From a virus, in UHGV virus genome UHGV-0171999: DNA of 64,000 nucleotides; one strand, written 5' to 3'. Both the position numbers and the translations under genes were made by a program. Within the stretch, counting starts at the first letter, position 1; every line of letters begins with the position of its first letter. The notes below the pieces were generated by a model. It saw only the letters and a list, made by a program, of their open reading frames with translations. It was not told the DNA's origin and did no database searches. Below are positions 63,409 to 64,000 of the stretch, piece by piece.

Positions 63409-64000
63409 TTTTAACCTTAACTGGGTCTATTGTTTCCAGTTTCGTTGCATTAGTGAACATATATAGATGTGTTACTGAATTATTATTGGATAATTCATGG
63501 ATAACTTCATCAACGTAAAATTCTGTTTTAAATTGGTTTTTACTATCATTAAAAATAATTTTAACGCCAGGAGTCAAGTTAAAATTACCGACAGTAGAAC
63601 ATTTAGCATAGCCGTCATATTGCGCCATAGTTTGAAGACGAATAGCTTCTTCATATCCGTTCCTATAAGTCATTTCAGAATAAGCACCTGACCTTGACAC
63701 TACAATAGAGTTTTCGCCCTTTCCTGTAGTAATCATTGGCAATGAAGAATCTAAAAATGAATGCGCATAGATAGTAGCATTTTTCATTGGGTCACGTTTG
63801 TGAGGATTCGATTTAGTCAACCAAACGAAATCATATGCTAATGGATATTTTAATTCTTGGATGAATTGACCTATTAAAGATGGCTCACCGACAATCATTG
63901 GATATGGTTCTTGATTTATCATCATATCATAGTCCATCATGTTAACTCCCATGATGTCTTGCCACACAAATACAAATTTGTCACTTCCTACAGCTAGAGC
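63353..64000 (-). CDS. 27: baseplate hub subunit gp27, C-terminal part (5' end outside window)
   Basis: Frame stays open to the window edge with no stop; position upstream of gene 28. Confidence 0.8.
   Translation of the reverse strand, partial: ALAVGSDKFVFVWQDIMGVNMMDYDMMINQEPYPMIVGEPSLIGQFIQELKYPLAYDFVWLTKSNPHKRDPMKNATIYAHSFLDSSLPMITTGKGENSIVVSRSGAYSEMTYRNGYEEAIRLQTMAQYDGYAKCSTVGNFNLTPGVKIIFNDSKNQFKTEFYVDEVIHELSNNNSVTHLYMFTNATKLETIDPVKVKNEFKSDTTTEESSSSNKQ

Overview
The window is a contiguous ~64 kb segment of a T4-like (T-even, Tevenvirinae) myovirus genome, in reverse orientation to the usual T4 map, so T4 early/middle genes read on the + strand and late genes on the - strand. Gene content and order are colinear with T4 across the rIIA/rIIB map origin: srd-dda-dexA-motB-39-rIIA-rIIB-denB-ndd-stp-ac-52-motA-arn-asiA (+), then the holin and long tail fibre module t-38-37-36-35-34 (-), then rnh-dsbA-33-59-32-frd-td-nrdA-mobE-like-nrdB-denA-rnlA-alc-pseT-cd-31-rIII-30.x-30-alt (+), and the start of the baseplate module 54-48-29-28-27 (-). 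Assignments rest on protein length, recognisable motifs, synteny and my recall of T4 proteins; no database search was run. Start codons were moved to the first ATG with a Shine-Dalgarno where the ORF track began at a non-ATG codon, and several genes under 60 aa (stp, ac, small membrane peptides, a zinc ribbon) were added by hand. Most of the window is well-described T4 biology and I did not find a clear-cut novel multi-gene system. The strongest departures from the T4 reference are an in-frame TAG inside pseT at a T4-length position, an extra ORF inserted at the normally overlapping frd-td junction, tandem Alt-family ADP-ribosyltransferase paralogs, a fused topoisomerase gene 39, intronless td and nrdB with a retained HNH endonuclease between nrdA and nrdB, a longer gp37 fibre tip, and a near-identical 54-bp promoter cassette present twice 15 kb apart.
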